In this document: positions 16,718 through 26,097 of the stretch, piece by piece
Position numbering within the stretch: position 1 is the first letter of the stretch
Layout: every line of letters starts with the position of its first letter
From: Enterococcus phage EFC-1
DNA: 40,286 nt
Sequence record: KJ608188.1
Direction: 5' to 3' (one strand)
Position numbers and translations under genes: made by a program
Notes under the pieces: generated by a model
What the model was told of the DNA's origin: nothing
The model's database searches: none
Seen by the model: only the letters and a program-made list of their open reading frames with translations

Positions 16718-17243
16718 AGGACTAAGCAAGCATCAAATTGAGATTATCACAGCTAAAGTTCTTGAAATTCAAGAAAAGAAAAAGAAAGAAACAAAAAGAG
16801 AAAAAAGAGACTGGAAATTAAGAAATACAAATTTACTATTGAAAAATTATCGTATGTTAAAAAAACATTGCGATAGCATTGTTCCGACTATTCAAGATTA
16901 CGAAATAAGCGTATTTGATTCAGAAGCTTTAAACTTAGATACATTAATGAAATATAAAGCTCGGACAAAAGAAATGCTTGATTATTTTGATTTAATGTTT
17001 TCGTCCTACAATAATTATTGCAGAAGTAATGGCGATGCAGCGGAGAGAAGATTCGATATTATAAAATCAGTTTATATAGAAGATGGTAATTTCAGAAAAT
17101 CTAAATCAGAGATGGCCTCTTATTATGCTATCGATTTTCGAACGGTTGATCGAGATATCAAGAAAGCGACGGATGAGTTATCTATATTCTTGTATGGAAT
17201 CGATAGCTTGGATGATTTAGCAAATGTCTTAAAGTTGTCTTGA
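16710..17243 (+). CDS. putative ArpU-family late transcriptional regulator
   Basis: Size and position (last gene before a strong terminator and the terminase small subunit). Charged, helical N-terminus. No strong motif recognised, so the family call is tentative. Track ORF 16692 trimmed to ATG 16710 after GGGAGG. Confidence 0.35.
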   Translation: MAEGLSKHQIEIITAKVLEIQEKKKKETKREKRDWKLRNTNLLLKNYRMLKKHCDSIVPTIQDYEISVFDSEALNLDTLMKYKARTKEMLDYFDLMFSSYNNYCRSNGDAAERRFDIIKSVYIEDGNFRKSKSEMASYYAIDFRTVDRDIKKATDELSIFLYGIDSLDDLANVLKLS

Positions 17244-17298
17244 ACATGCCCTATTCAAGATGTTACTATGGTAGCGTGAAATAAATACGTAAAAACAA

Positions 17299-17326
17299 AG
17301 ACATCTCTTTCGAGGTGTCTTTTTGC
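17299..17326 (+). terminator. rho-independent terminator (10-bp stem with one G-U pair, UUUC loop, U5 tail)
   Basis: AAGACATCTC tttc GAGGTGTCTT TTTTG between the ArpU-like gene and terS. Confidence 0.65.
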
Positions 17327-17346
17327 ATTGAAAGAAGGTGAATATC

Positions 17347-17892
17347 ATGGCTGAATCAAAGCAAAGCCAGTTGATTAATGAAATAGCTGATTTAGCATCA
17401 GATCTTATGAGTGAGTGGCCATCCACTCGAAATAAGCAAAAAGAATTCGTGTTAGCATATGTTTCAAATGGTTTTATCAATGGAACAGAGGCTGCAAAAA
17501 AAGCAGGGTATAGCGCTAAAACGGCAGGAACTATTGCTTCTAACCTATTAACAGGAATGAAAAAGTATGAACACATCCCTCCTGTTATTGAAAAACTGAA
17601 GAATGCTTATGATGAAAGAGCGATAGAATTATCTATAGCATCAGGAACTGAAGTTCTGCAATATCTCACTTCTGTAATGCGTGGATCTCAAAAAGAGCAA
17701 ACCTTAATCGGTCTGGGCGAAGGGGCTCAAGGATTAACTGATATTGATGTTGGAGCCAAAGAAAGGCTAAAGGCTGCTGAATTACTGGGCAAACGTCATG
17801 CGCTGTTCACTGATAAACAGGAGATTTCAGCGACTGTAAGAACAGATAAACTTGATAGTATCTTACAGCAATTAGGTGATGCAGATGACTGA
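17347..17892 (+). CDS. terS: terminase small subunit
   Basis: KQKEFVLAYVSNGFINGTEAAKKAGYSAKTAGTIASNLL matches the HTH DNA-binding N-terminus of Terminase_2-type small subunits. Immediately upstream of terL. ATG 17347 with GAAGGTG RBS. Confidence 0.65.
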   Translation: MAESKQSQLINEIADLASDLMSEWPSTRNKQKEFVLAYVSNGFINGTEAAKKAGYSAKTAGTIASNLLTGMKKYEHIPPVIEKLKNAYDERAIELSIASGTEVLQYLTSVMRGSQKEQTLIGLGEGAQGLTDIDVGAKERLKAAELLGKRHALFTDKQEISATVRTDKLDSILQQLGDADD

Positions 17893-19273
17893 GTTGGTTT
17901 TGTCACCTAAGTATAAAAGATTTCTGAAATATGACACAGATGTTGAATTTCTCGAGGGGACCACAGCAGCCGGGAAGACCACTGTAGGTGCTGTAAAATT
18001 TCTTTTTAAAGTTGCTGAATCAGATAGGAAACTGCACATCATTAGCGGTTTAGATTTAGGTACAATCGAAAAAAATATTATACAATCCGAATTGGGAATT
18101 ATAGATATATTTGGAGATCTGGTAACCTACCATTCCAAAGGGAATAAAGATCATAGTTTACCACATTTAAAATATAAAACATCTAACGGTGAAAAAATAA
18201 TCTATGTTCTTGGTTATGACAATAAAGCTCGTTGGAAAAAGGTTCTTGGTGGCCAATATGGTTGTTTGTACATTGATGAAATAAATATCGCAGACATGGA
18301 ATATGTACGAGAAATTTTTATGCGTGCCGATTATGTAATGGCCACTCTAAATCCAGATGATCCTGAATTACCAATTTATCATGAGTACATAAACCATTCT
18401 AGGCCATTACCTGAGTATGAAAATGATGCACCTAGAGAGATTAATGATCAGTTGAACCAGTCTCCCAAAGCAGGGTGGGTTCACTGGTTTTTTGGTTTTT
18501 CTCATAATGATGGATTAACTGAAAAAAAGAAACAGAAAATAATATCTGCTGTACCGACAGGAACTAAATTATATAAAAATAAAATTCTAGGTATTAGAGG
18601 TCGAGCGGAAGGCCTTGTGTTCTCTAATTTCGAATACAAAAATAACGTGATTACAGAACAGAAAGCGATGAGTAAGAACTATGTTCATTTTTCTTGTGGC
18701 GTAGATACATCTTATTCAGCGCAATCGAATGATACAATTTCGTTTATATTTCAAGGAATCACAGATGTTGGAGAATTAGTGATACTCGAAGAAGAAGTTA
18801 AAAATAATAAAGACGAAAATATACCTTTTTCCCCAAGTGATGTAGCAGCTAATCTTATTCAATTTCTTGATAGGTGTAGAAAAAAGTGGGGCTTTTCTCG
18901 AATGGTCTATGTTGATAATGCCGATCAAGCTACTATTACAGAACTAAATAAGTTGAAACGACTTAAACCTAATGCATATACAATTGTTGGTTCTGATAAG
19001 CGTATGAAGATTATTGATCGTATTAATTTAATGTTAGGTTGGATTAATTCAGATGGAAAAGCCCCTATATACTTAGTCGTAGACACTTGTAATGTCCACA
19101 TACATGAGTTAAACACATACGCTTATGATGGAGATCAGCCAGAAGACAAGAACGACCATACTATAAACGCTAGTCAGTATGGGTTTTTACCGATAAGAGA
19201 AAAAATAGGATACGCATACAAGAAATCTGATACAAAGAAAAAAATTAAGCGCATCAAAGAATTAGGATTATAA
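17885..19273 (+). CDS. terL: terminase large subunit (PBSX/SPP1-like)
   Basis: Walker A GTTAAGKTTVGAVKFLF and Walker B LYIDEIN. C-terminal nuclease-like acidic residues. Track ORF 17876 trimmed to ATG 17885. Confidence 0.8.
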   Translation: MTELVLSPKYKRFLKYDTDVEFLEGTTAAGKTTVGAVKFLFKVAESDRKLHIISGLDLGTIEKNIIQSELGIIDIFGDLVTYHSKGNKDHSLPHLKYKTSNGEKIIYVLGYDNKARWKKVLGGQYGCLYIDEINIADMEYVREIFMRADYVMATLNPDDPELPIYHEYINHSRPLPEYENDAPREINDQLNQSPKAGWVHWFFGFSHNDGLTEKKKQKIISAVPTGTKLYKNKILGIRGRAEGLVFSNFEYKNNVITEQKAMSKNYVHFSCGVDTSYSAQSNDTISFIFQGITDVGELVILEEEVKNNKDENIPFSPSDVAANLIQFLDRCRKKWGFSRMVYVDNADQATITELNKLKRLKPNAYTIVGSDKRMKIIDRINLMLGWINSDGKAPIYLVVDTCNVHIHELNTYAYDGDQPEDKNDHTINASQYGFLPIREKIGYAYKKSDTKKKIKRIKELGL

Positions 19274-19286
19274 AGGAGGAGAAGCA

Positions 19287-20825
19287 ATGGAAAATGAAGA
19301 AGTCCTAAAAGTTAATGAATTTGAACATGGATCGGACATCAGCTATTCAAGTGATGTGAATGAAAATTTTGTTAGCTTTGGCGTAGAATCCAATATTCAT
19401 TATAGATATAGCTCTGCGGATGAATTGTTGGAGAATGTTGATGTTTTAGCAAAAATGATTGCGCACCATAATGAACACCAAGTTCCACGTCTACAGGTTT
19501 TGGATGATTATTATAAAGCAAAGAATACAAACATCATCAAAAATCGTCGACGTAAGGAAAAAGAAAAAGCAGACCATAGAGCTGCTCATAATTTTGGAAA
19601 AGTTCTTGCAACGTTTGATGTTGGATACAATACAGGCAATCCAATAAAAGTCCAAATTAATAATAAAGCTAGTCAAGAGGCCATTGATAATTTCAATCAA
19701 GATAATGACATTGACGGATTGAATGGAGAATTGTGGTTAGATATGGATAAATACGGCCGAGCTTATGAAATCATATATCGAGATGAAGATGACGTTGATT
19801 ATGTTGATTTATGCAATGTTTTTGAAACGTTTGTTGTTTATGATACAACGGTCAAGCGTAGACCAATACTTGCTGTTCGTTATCCTAAAACTAAATTTAC
19901 TATAGATGCAGACAAACAGTATATTCAACCGATAATTTACACAAAAGACAAAATCATTACTTACGCTGAAACGACTCTTGCTACGATTAAACTAAGTGAT
20001 CCAAAAGAGGATTCGCATGATTACAAAGAAGTTCAGATAACTGAGTTCTCTCCTAATCGTTTTAGAATGGGATTGTATGAAGATATTTTATCTCAAATCG
20101 ATTTGTATGATGCTGGACAGTCTGACACTGCTAATTACATGACGGATTTAAACGATGCGCTGTTAGTGATTAGTGGAGATATCGAAGCAGCGGGTCTATC
20201 GACCGAAGATGCTATTAAGCAAAAAGAAGCGAACATGCTTTTACTTGAATCTGGTACAGATATCAACGGTAACAAAACCTCAGTGAATGCTAACTACATC
20301 TATAAACAATACGATGTAAACGGCGTTGAAGCATACAAAGAACGAGTGAGGAAAGGAATACATGAAATATCTATGATTCCAGATTTGACAGATACAAATT
20401 TTTCTGGTGTTCAATCAGGAGAAGCAATGAAGTATAAAATGTTTGGTTTCAATCAAATGACGGCAGTAAAGCAAAGACTATTTAAAAAAAGTCTTGTGCG
20501 GCGCTATCGTCTTTTATTTAATCTGAAATCAAGTGTTTCTGAGATTGATAACTCCGATTTAAAAGGATTGCGAATTATCTTTACTCCTAATCTTCCGAAA
20601 GCAATTCTAGAAGAATTAAAAACATTGATTGACTCTGGAGCGGAGTTAAGCCAAGAAACAATTTTAGGTCTAGCTTCGTTTGTTGATGATGTTCAAGCTG
20701 AATTAGAACGTGTAAAAAATGAAAATAAACCATTAGATATTACTGATGAAGAAGTAGCCAAAACGAAAGTAAATCAGGCAAAATTTTTAGCTAAACAATC
20801 GGAAAAGGAAACCGAGGAGGAATGA
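19287..20825 (+). CDS. portal protein (SPP1 gp6-like)
   Basis: 512 aa ORF directly after terL with AAGGAGGAG RBS; size, position and acidic C-terminus typical. Confidence 0.7.
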   Translation: MENEEVLKVNEFEHGSDISYSSDVNENFVSFGVESNIHYRYSSADELLENVDVLAKMIAHHNEHQVPRLQVLDDYYKAKNTNIIKNRRRKEKEKADHRAAHNFGKVLATFDVGYNTGNPIKVQINNKASQEAIDNFNQDNDIDGLNGELWLDMDKYGRAYEIIYRDEDDVDYVDLCNVFETFVVYDTTVKRRPILAVRYPKTKFTIDADKQYIQPIIYTKDKIITYAETTLATIKLSDPKEDSHDYKEVQITEFSPNRFRMGLYEDILSQIDLYDAGQSDTANYMTDLNDALLVISGDIEAAGLSTEDAIKQKEANMLLLESGTDINGNKTSVNANYIYKQYDVNGVEAYKERVRKGIHEISMIPDLTDTNFSGVQSGEAMKYKMFGFNQMTAVKQRLFKKSLVRRYRLLFNLKSSVSEIDNSDLKGLRIIFTPNLPKAILEELKTLIDSGAELSQETILGLASFVDDVQAELERVKNENKPLDITDEEVAKTKVNQAKFLAKQSEKETEEE

Positions 20826-20829
20826 TTGA

Positions 20830-21768
20830 ATGTCCTACTTGAAAAATCGTGAAGAATCTTGGATCAAAGAACAGATGAAGCTAGATCGCAATAGAGAAAA
20901 AGAAATTGTTCAACAGCTTCAAAATGCTATTGATGCGATTCAAACCGAAATTGAAGCTAACTGGGATAGATTTTCCAATGGCCAAAAGATTACAATTAGC
21001 GAAGCAAGAAAAATGGCTAATAAGATGGACGTAAAACGCTTTGAGAGAAAAGCGAAGGAGTATGTAAAAAATAAAGACTTTAGTCCACAGGCCAATAAAG
21101 AATTGAAAATCTATAACTTGGTAATGCGAGTGTCTAGATTAGAGCTATTAAAGTCTCAAATTGGTTTAGAACTAATCACGTTGTTTGATGAGCTAGATAA
21201 GTGGGGATATTCTCAGTTATCTGAAGCAGCAAAAGATGAGTATTTAAGACAGGCGGGAATATTAGGCGAAACCGTTAAAGAAAATTATTCGTCTAAGGTT
21301 AGAAAAATTGTTAATGCATCATTCAAATCAAGTGAATTCCCTTCGTTTAGTGATAACATTTGGCAAAATTTTGTTGAAATGAAAGCTGATTTAGAAAAAA
21401 TAATCACTCAGGCAATCACTCAAGGTAAAAATCCAAGAGCAGTAGCAAAAGAGATGGTAAAATTTTTAAAGCCTAACCAATTAAATATAAGATACAAGCT
21501 AAATAGGCTAATGATGACTGAAATATCTGGTGTTCAAACAGATATTCAAAAGCAAAGTTACTTGGATGCAGATATCGAAGAATATGATTACATTGCAGAA
21601 CCGTTTGCCTGTGAAATATGTAAAAAAGTAGCTAAGGGTAGTCCTTATAAAGTACTAAAGATGAAAAAAGGAATTAATGCTCCTTATATGCATCCTCATT
21701 GTAAGTGCTCTACTGTCCCTAAAGTTAGTGAAGATTATGAAAAGTCGCTGAAAGAAAGAGGTTTGTAA
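20830..21768 (+). CDS. minor head / head morphogenesis protein (SPP1 gp7 / Mu F-like) with a C-terminal Cys cluster
   Basis: Position after the portal, 312 aa. C-terminus CEICKK...HPHCKC is a putative zinc site. Confidence 0.55.
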   Translation: MSYLKNREESWIKEQMKLDRNREKEIVQQLQNAIDAIQTEIEANWDRFSNGQKITISEARKMANKMDVKRFERKAKEYVKNKDFSPQANKELKIYNLVMRVSRLELLKSQIGLELITLFDELDKWGYSQLSEAAKDEYLRQAGILGETVKENYSSKVRKIVNASFKSSEFPSFSDNIWQNFVEMKADLEKIITQAITQGKNPRAVAKEMVKFLKPNQLNIRYKLNRLMMTEISGVQTDIQKQSYLDADIEEYDYIAEPFACEICKKVAKGSPYKVLKMKKGINAPYMHPHCKCSTVPKVSEDYEKSLKERGL

Positions 21769-22038
21769 ATGGATAATCTATATAAATGTAATCAATGCAA
21801 TAAATACACTCCGTTAGTTAGAAAATCTGAAAACATCACGAAGGATATTGAACACCATTATGCTGAATGTGCCAATTGTGGGTATAAATCGACAATAATG
21901 TATATGAATACCGAAATTAAGCTATTAATGCATGAACAAAGAAAAACAAACTTTGGCACAAAAAAGAAAGGTAAATTGACAGAAAAGCTAAACAGACTAA
22001 TTTCTAAATTAAGAAAAGAAGTCGAGGGATCAAGTTGA
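21769..22038 (+). CDS. small zinc-ribbon protein (CxxC...CxxC)
   Basis: CNQCNKY...CANCGYKS. Confidence 0.4.
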   Translation: MDNLYKCNQCNKYTPLVRKSENITKDIEHHYAECANCGYKSTIMYMNTEIKLLMHEQRKTNFGTKKKGKLTEKLNRLISKLRKEVEGSS

Positions 22039-22256
22039 AAAGTTATTCTTTAGTTTATTGGTCAGGTGTTGACGATGAAACTGGTGCGTTTAAGCAAATA
22101 GATTGTCTCATTAATGATGAAACAGTTCAGAAATTGCTTGAAGGCAAACCTAAATTTATCTCAATTATTGTTGATGATGGTGAACAAATGTTAATTCAAA
22201 CGGATAATATCAATCAGATAAAACAAGTTTATGAAAAATACGGCAGAAAGGCGTGA
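22035..22256 (+). CDS. hypothetical protein (73 aa), TTG start
   Basis: GAGGGA 5 nt upstream of the TTG. Confidence 0.35.
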   Translation: MKSYSLVYWSGVDDETGAFKQIDCLINDETVQKLLEGKPKFISIIVDDGEQMLIQTDNINQIKQVYEKYGRKA

Positions 22257-22450
22257 TTCTATGAATGACGATCCTTACGATTACTTAGATGCTGATTATG
22301 AAGAATATTTAAAGAGAGAAGAGTCTAACAAACGTTAGGCTTTTTATATTGCCTTCTTACTGCTTACAGGCACTAAAGAGAAAGCTGTTTCGATTGATAG
22401 GCGTAACTTATCAAATATATCGGGTAGCGGCGTAACCGTGGAGGATAATC

Positions 22451-23050
22451 ATGAAAACAAAAAAACTATTATTGCCAATGCATTTACAATACTTTGCTGA
22501 TAATCCAGATACTGGCGCTGGAGATACGGACCAACCGGCCGGAGGTCAAGAGCAAACACCGCCAGGAGATAGCGGCAAAGATAAAGGTAATGAAAAAACG
22601 TTTTCTCGTGGTGAAGTAGCAAAAATGATCGCTGCTGAAGTATCAAAAACAAAAGAAGCTTGGGAAAAAGAGCAACAAGAAAAACAAGCAGAAGCAGAAA
22701 AACTGGCAAAAATGAATGCTCAGGAAAAAGCTGAACATGAAAAGAAACAGCTAGAAGCAAAAATTGCGGAATTGGAACGTAGTCAAGCGTTAGTTTCCAT
22801 GTCAAAGGAAGCTTCTAAAATGCTTTCAGAGGCTAGTTTGCCGCATGACGATGATTTGCTAGGATTGATTGTTTCAGATGATGCGGAAGCTACAAAAAAA
22901 GCTGTCGCTATTGTTACGAACTATGTATCAATGATTAAGAAAGAAAATGCTCGCCAAAAAACACCAGGTGAGGGCGGACAATTTTCAACTGATAAAAAAG
23001 AAACCGAATCAGTTGCAGCTCTTGCAGCAAGTAAACGAATTGTAAAATAG
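22451..23050 (+). CDS. head scaffolding protein
   Basis: E/K/A-rich helical 199-aa protein immediately upstream of the major capsid gene. N-terminus carries an L27-like Prp cleavage motif HLQYF|A. Confidence 0.65.
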   Translation: MKTKKLLLPMHLQYFADNPDTGAGDTDQPAGGQEQTPPGDSGKDKGNEKTFSRGEVAKMIAAEVSKTKEAWEKEQQEKQAEAEKLAKMNAQEKAEHEKKQLEAKIAELERSQALVSMSKEASKMLSEASLPHDDDLLGLIVSDDAEATKKAVAIVTNYVSMIKKENARQKTPGEGGQFSTDKKETESVAALAASKRIVK

Positions 23051-23062
23051 GAGGAAATATAA

Positions 23063-23995
23063 ATGAAGAAAAAACAATTAATGAAAATGGATATTCAAAT
23101 GTTTGCTCAAACATGGAATCCAGACAACGTCACAGTATTAGAGAAAAAGGATGGAACAATTCCAGATAAGTACAACACTTTAATTTTAAAAGATGTGATG
23201 GAAAACTCTAAATTAATGCAATTAGCTAAATATGAAGAAATGGACAGCAAAGAAAAGAAATTCGAATACTTTGCAGAAGGTCCCGGAGCATACTGGGTTG
23301 GTGAAGGTGATAAGATTAAAACGTCTAAACCTAAATGGTTAAACGTAACAATGACTGCGAAAAAAATCGGTGTTATTATCCCAGTTTCTCGGGAATATTT
23401 AACTTATAAGATGTCTGATTTCTTTACTCAAATGCAACCAAAAATCGCAGAAGCATTTTATAAGAAAATTGATGCGGCTACTATCCTTGATAAAGAAAAT
23501 CCATTCTCTCAATCTATTGAAAAATCTGTCATTGCAGCTAGTAATGTAATTGAGGGCGACTTGACATATGACAACATTTTAGCATTAGAGGATTTGCTTG
23601 GAGAAGGTGAATACGATCCGAATGCTTTCATTTCTAATCGTAAGAATCGTACAGTGTTACGTGAAGCAAGTAAAAAAATTGGTGACACAACTCAATTTAT
23701 TTATGATCGTGTCAGCAATACTATTGATGGACTACCTGTAGCAGATCTAAAATCTATGGATAAGGGAAACCTTTATACTGGTGATTTTGATTACTTGCGC
23801 TATGGTATCCCATTTAACATTAATTTCAAAATTTCAGAAGAAGCTCAATTATCTACTCTAACGAATGAAGACGGTACGCCTGTCAACTTGTACGAACAAG
23901 AATTGGTTGCTTTACGAGCTACAATGGATATTGGTTTCATGGTCATCAAAGATGAAGCATTTGCTAAGATTCAACCAAAAGCTGCGGGGGAGTAA
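23063..23995 (+). CDS. major capsid protein
   Basis: 310 aa, follows the scaffold, RBS AGGAGGAAA. N-terminus carries an L27-like Prp cleavage motif DIQMF|A. Confidence 0.7.
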   Translation: MKKKQLMKMDIQMFAQTWNPDNVTVLEKKDGTIPDKYNTLILKDVMENSKLMQLAKYEEMDSKEKKFEYFAEGPGAYWVGEGDKIKTSKPKWLNVTMTAKKIGVIIPVSREYLTYKMSDFFTQMQPKIAEAFYKKIDAATILDKENPFSQSIEKSVIAASNVIEGDLTYDNILALEDLLGEGEYDPNAFISNRKNRTVLREASKKIGDTTQFIYDRVSNTIDGLPVADLKSMDKGNLYTGDFDYLRYGIPFNINFKISEEAQLSTLTNEDGTPVNLYEQELVALRATMDIGFMVIKDEAFAKIQPKAAGE

Positions 23996-24057
23996 CTAGC
24001 CCTGTTGTCGGAAAAGTAACACCGACAACAAATGGGGCGACAATCGAACTAACTTAG
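23968..24057 (+). other. conserved -1-frame peptide (…SPVVGKVTPTTNGATIELT) overlapping and following the capsid gene 3' end; candidate programmed frameshift extension
   Basis: The -1 frame is open from 23968 and ends with TAG at 24055-24057. It is 68% nt-identical to the corresponding element after the major tail gene, with six purely synonymous codon differences in this frame. Confidence 0.4.
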
Positions 24058-24068
24058 GTGGTGTTTTG

Positions 24069-24401
24069 ATGTCAGAGATAGCAAATGATGTAAAAAAATT
24101 ATTAAATGGCAGTCTTGATGAAAAATTAGAAATCATTGAAAGACGTACAAAAGATCGGCTTCAAAATATATTGAATGTCACTGAGTTACCAAAAAGTTTT
24201 GATTCAGTTGTATATGAAGTCACTTTAAAACGATTTAATCGTATTGGCCAAGAAGGAATGCAATCTTATTCTCAAGAAGGTTTATCTATGGCATTTCCAG
24301 ACTCTGATTTTTCTGAATATCAAGATGAGATTGAAGAGTATAAGAATAAGGAAATAGAAGAACTTTATAAGCCTAAACGTGGGAGGTTTACATTTTCATG
24401 A
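24069..24401 (+). CDS. head-tail connector (gp6-like adaptor)
   Basis: About 110 aa, position after the capsid gene, RBS AGGTGGTG. Confidence 0.5.
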   Translation: MSEIANDVKKLLNGSLDEKLEIIERRTKDRLQNILNVTELPKSFDSVVYEVTLKRFNRIGQEGMQSYSQEGLSMAFPDSDFSEYQDEIEEYKNKEIEELYKPKRGRFTFS

Positions 24402-24733
24402 GATATTTAGATGAAATTGCCTTTGTAAAAAAATCTTCAGAATCGCATTATGATCCAAATTCAGGTGAATGGATTGAAGAAGAACCGTTTAGAAAAACTG
24501 CTGATGTCAATGTAACTGATATTGGTACAGATCGTTCTATTACTATTTTCGGAAGCATTAAAGAAGGGGCTAAGGTCATTAGGACACAACCCCTTTTTGT
24601 TATTCCAGAATTTGATTACATTGAGTTTGAAGGTAAAACTTGGGAAGTTATTACAAGTAGAGTTCCTGCATTAAGAAATAGTTTGATTGTTCAGGAAGTG
24701 ATTATTGATGGCAAGAAATCAAGTGAGAATTAA
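24398..24733 (+). CDS. head closure / head-tail joining protein
   Basis: 111 aa, coupled (ATGA overlap), position. Confidence 0.45.
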   Translation: MRYLDEIAFVKKSSESHYDPNSGEWIEEEPFRKTADVNVTDIGTDRSITIFGSIKEGAKVIRTQPLFVIPEFDYIEFEGKTWEVITSRVPALRNSLIVQEVIIDGKKSSEN

Positions 24734-25088
24734 TGGACTAGCTGGAATTTCTAAAAAACTAAAGAGAAATGCTCAACTTGATGATGTGAAAAAAGTTGTT
24801 AGAAATAACACAGCAGAATTAACCGCTAATATGCAAGCCGAAGCCGGAAAAGTGTTAACTGGACACTGGGAAGGTAAAAAGTTTGTTAAACCAACTGGGG
24901 CAACAAAAAGAAGTATCGTTATGAGGCTTTCGAACAATGGTTTTTCTGGACATACAGGACCAGGAACAGAATACGCACCATACTTAATACATGGAACAAG
25001 ATTCATGGTGAAACGTGATTTCTTTTTACCACCGCTGAAACAACAAAAAGTGAAATTTAGAACGGATTTGGAAAGGTTGATGAAATGA
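24705..25088 (+). CDS. HK97 gp10-like tail-to-head joining protein
   Basis: 127 aa; N-terminus [26 protein letters not shown]; position. Confidence 0.45.
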   Translation: MMARNQVRINGLAGISKKLKRNAQLDDVKKVVRNNTAELTANMQAEAGKVLTGHWEGKKFVKPTGATKRSIVMRLSNNGFSGHTGPGTEYAPYLIHGTRFMVKRDFFLPPLKQQKVKFRTDLERLMK

Positions 25089-25474
25089 TTAAAACAAGAG
25101 ATCAATCAATCTTCGATGAAGTGTATAAGAAGTGTCAATCACTGGGCTATGAAACCTACGATTATAAACCTATGAATGATGTAGGTTATCCATTTGTCGA
25201 ATTAGAAGATACTCAGACACTGCACCAAGCCAACAAAACTGATATTAAAGGTTCGGTTACATTGAATCTATCTGTATGGGGATTGGCAAAAAAACGTAAA
25301 CAAATATCGGATATGGCTTCAGCAATTTTTGCTGAGGCTCTATCTATTTCTGAAACGGAAGGTTATTATTGGTCGCTAAATATCCAATCAAGCGGTATTC
25401 GGTTAGTAGATGACATTTCGACTAACACAACATTGAAGCGGGCAATGATATCTTTAGAATTCAAAATACTATAG
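25085..25474 (+). CDS. tail completion / tail terminator-like protein
   Basis: 129 aa, coupled, position before the major tail gene. Confidence 0.4.
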   Translation: MIKTRDQSIFDEVYKKCQSLGYETYDYKPMNDVGYPFVELEDTQTLHQANKTDIKGSVTLNLSVWGLAKKRKQISDMASAIFAEALSISETEGYYWSLNIQSSGIRLVDDISTNTTLKRAMISLEFKIL

Positions 25475-25489
25475 AGAGAAGGAATATAA

Positions 25490-26020
25490 ATGGCTAATGA
25501 AGCAAAAGTAGCGGCTAAAGGTATTGATATTATTTTACTTTTCCGTTTGTTAAAAAAATCAAAAGAGGAACCAGCATGGAAATTAGCTTTCCAGACAGAA
25601 CATGAAAATACAAAAACCAAAGATAGTGACTCTGTGGCCACTAAAGATGGTCCGATTCGCATCCCAGGATCATTGGAAATTGATTTTTCGGCAACATCTA
25701 TTCTATCAGTCGGTGATCCGTATGTTGACCAGCTAGAAGAAGCTTTAGACAATGACGATATTATTGAAATCTGGGAAATCAACAAAGCAGAAAAAGGCAC
25801 AGGAGATAATGCTGACAAGTACAAGGCAACCTATTACCAAGGATATGTAACATCATTTGGTAAATCGCCTAATGCTGAAGACACCGTAGAAGTTTCATTA
25901 GAATTTGGTATCAATGGTAAAGGCGCAAAAGGATTTGCAACATTAACTGCTGATCAAGAAGAAGTAGTTCAATATGTCTTCAAAGATACGACTATTGAAA
26001 CAGCTGATCCGGGAAAGTAG
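25490..26020 (+). CDS. major tail (tube) protein
   Basis: 176 aa, strong RBS GAGAAGGAA, position. A GGGAAAG slippery heptamer overlaps its last codons. Confidence 0.6.
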   Translation: MANEAKVAAKGIDIILLFRLLKKSKEEPAWKLAFQTEHENTKTKDSDSVATKDGPIRIPGSLEIDFSATSILSVGDPYVDQLEEALDNDDIIEIWEINKAEKGTGDNADKYKATYYQGYVTSFGKSPNAEDTVEVSLEFGINGKGAKGFATLTADQEEVVQYVFKDTTIETADPGK

Positions 26021-26082
26021 ATAGCCCTTCTGTGGGAAGTGTAACTCCTACAGTCGATGGGGCTTCTATTGAATTAAGCTAA
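26008..26082 (+). other. conserved -1-frame peptide (…SPSVGSVTPTVDGASIELS) following the tail tube gene, reached via GGGAAAG (26011-26017); in frame with the downstream Ig-like gene across a single TAA
   Basis: G GGA AAG in the correct register (0-frame codons gga/aag). The -1 frame opens at 26008. TAA at 26080-26082. The ATG at 26098 of the Big_2 gene is in the same frame. Confidence 0.45.
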
Positions 26083-26097
26083 GAAAGGAAAATAAAT

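Noticed and set aside
17229-17576. 115-aa minus-strand ORF spanning the terminator and terS start
   Set aside because: Crosses a strong + strand terminator and overlaps terS antisense
22449-22805. 118-aa minus-strand ORF inside the scaffold gene
   Set aside because: Antisense; Leu/Phe-rich artefact of the GAA/AAA-rich scaffold coding strand
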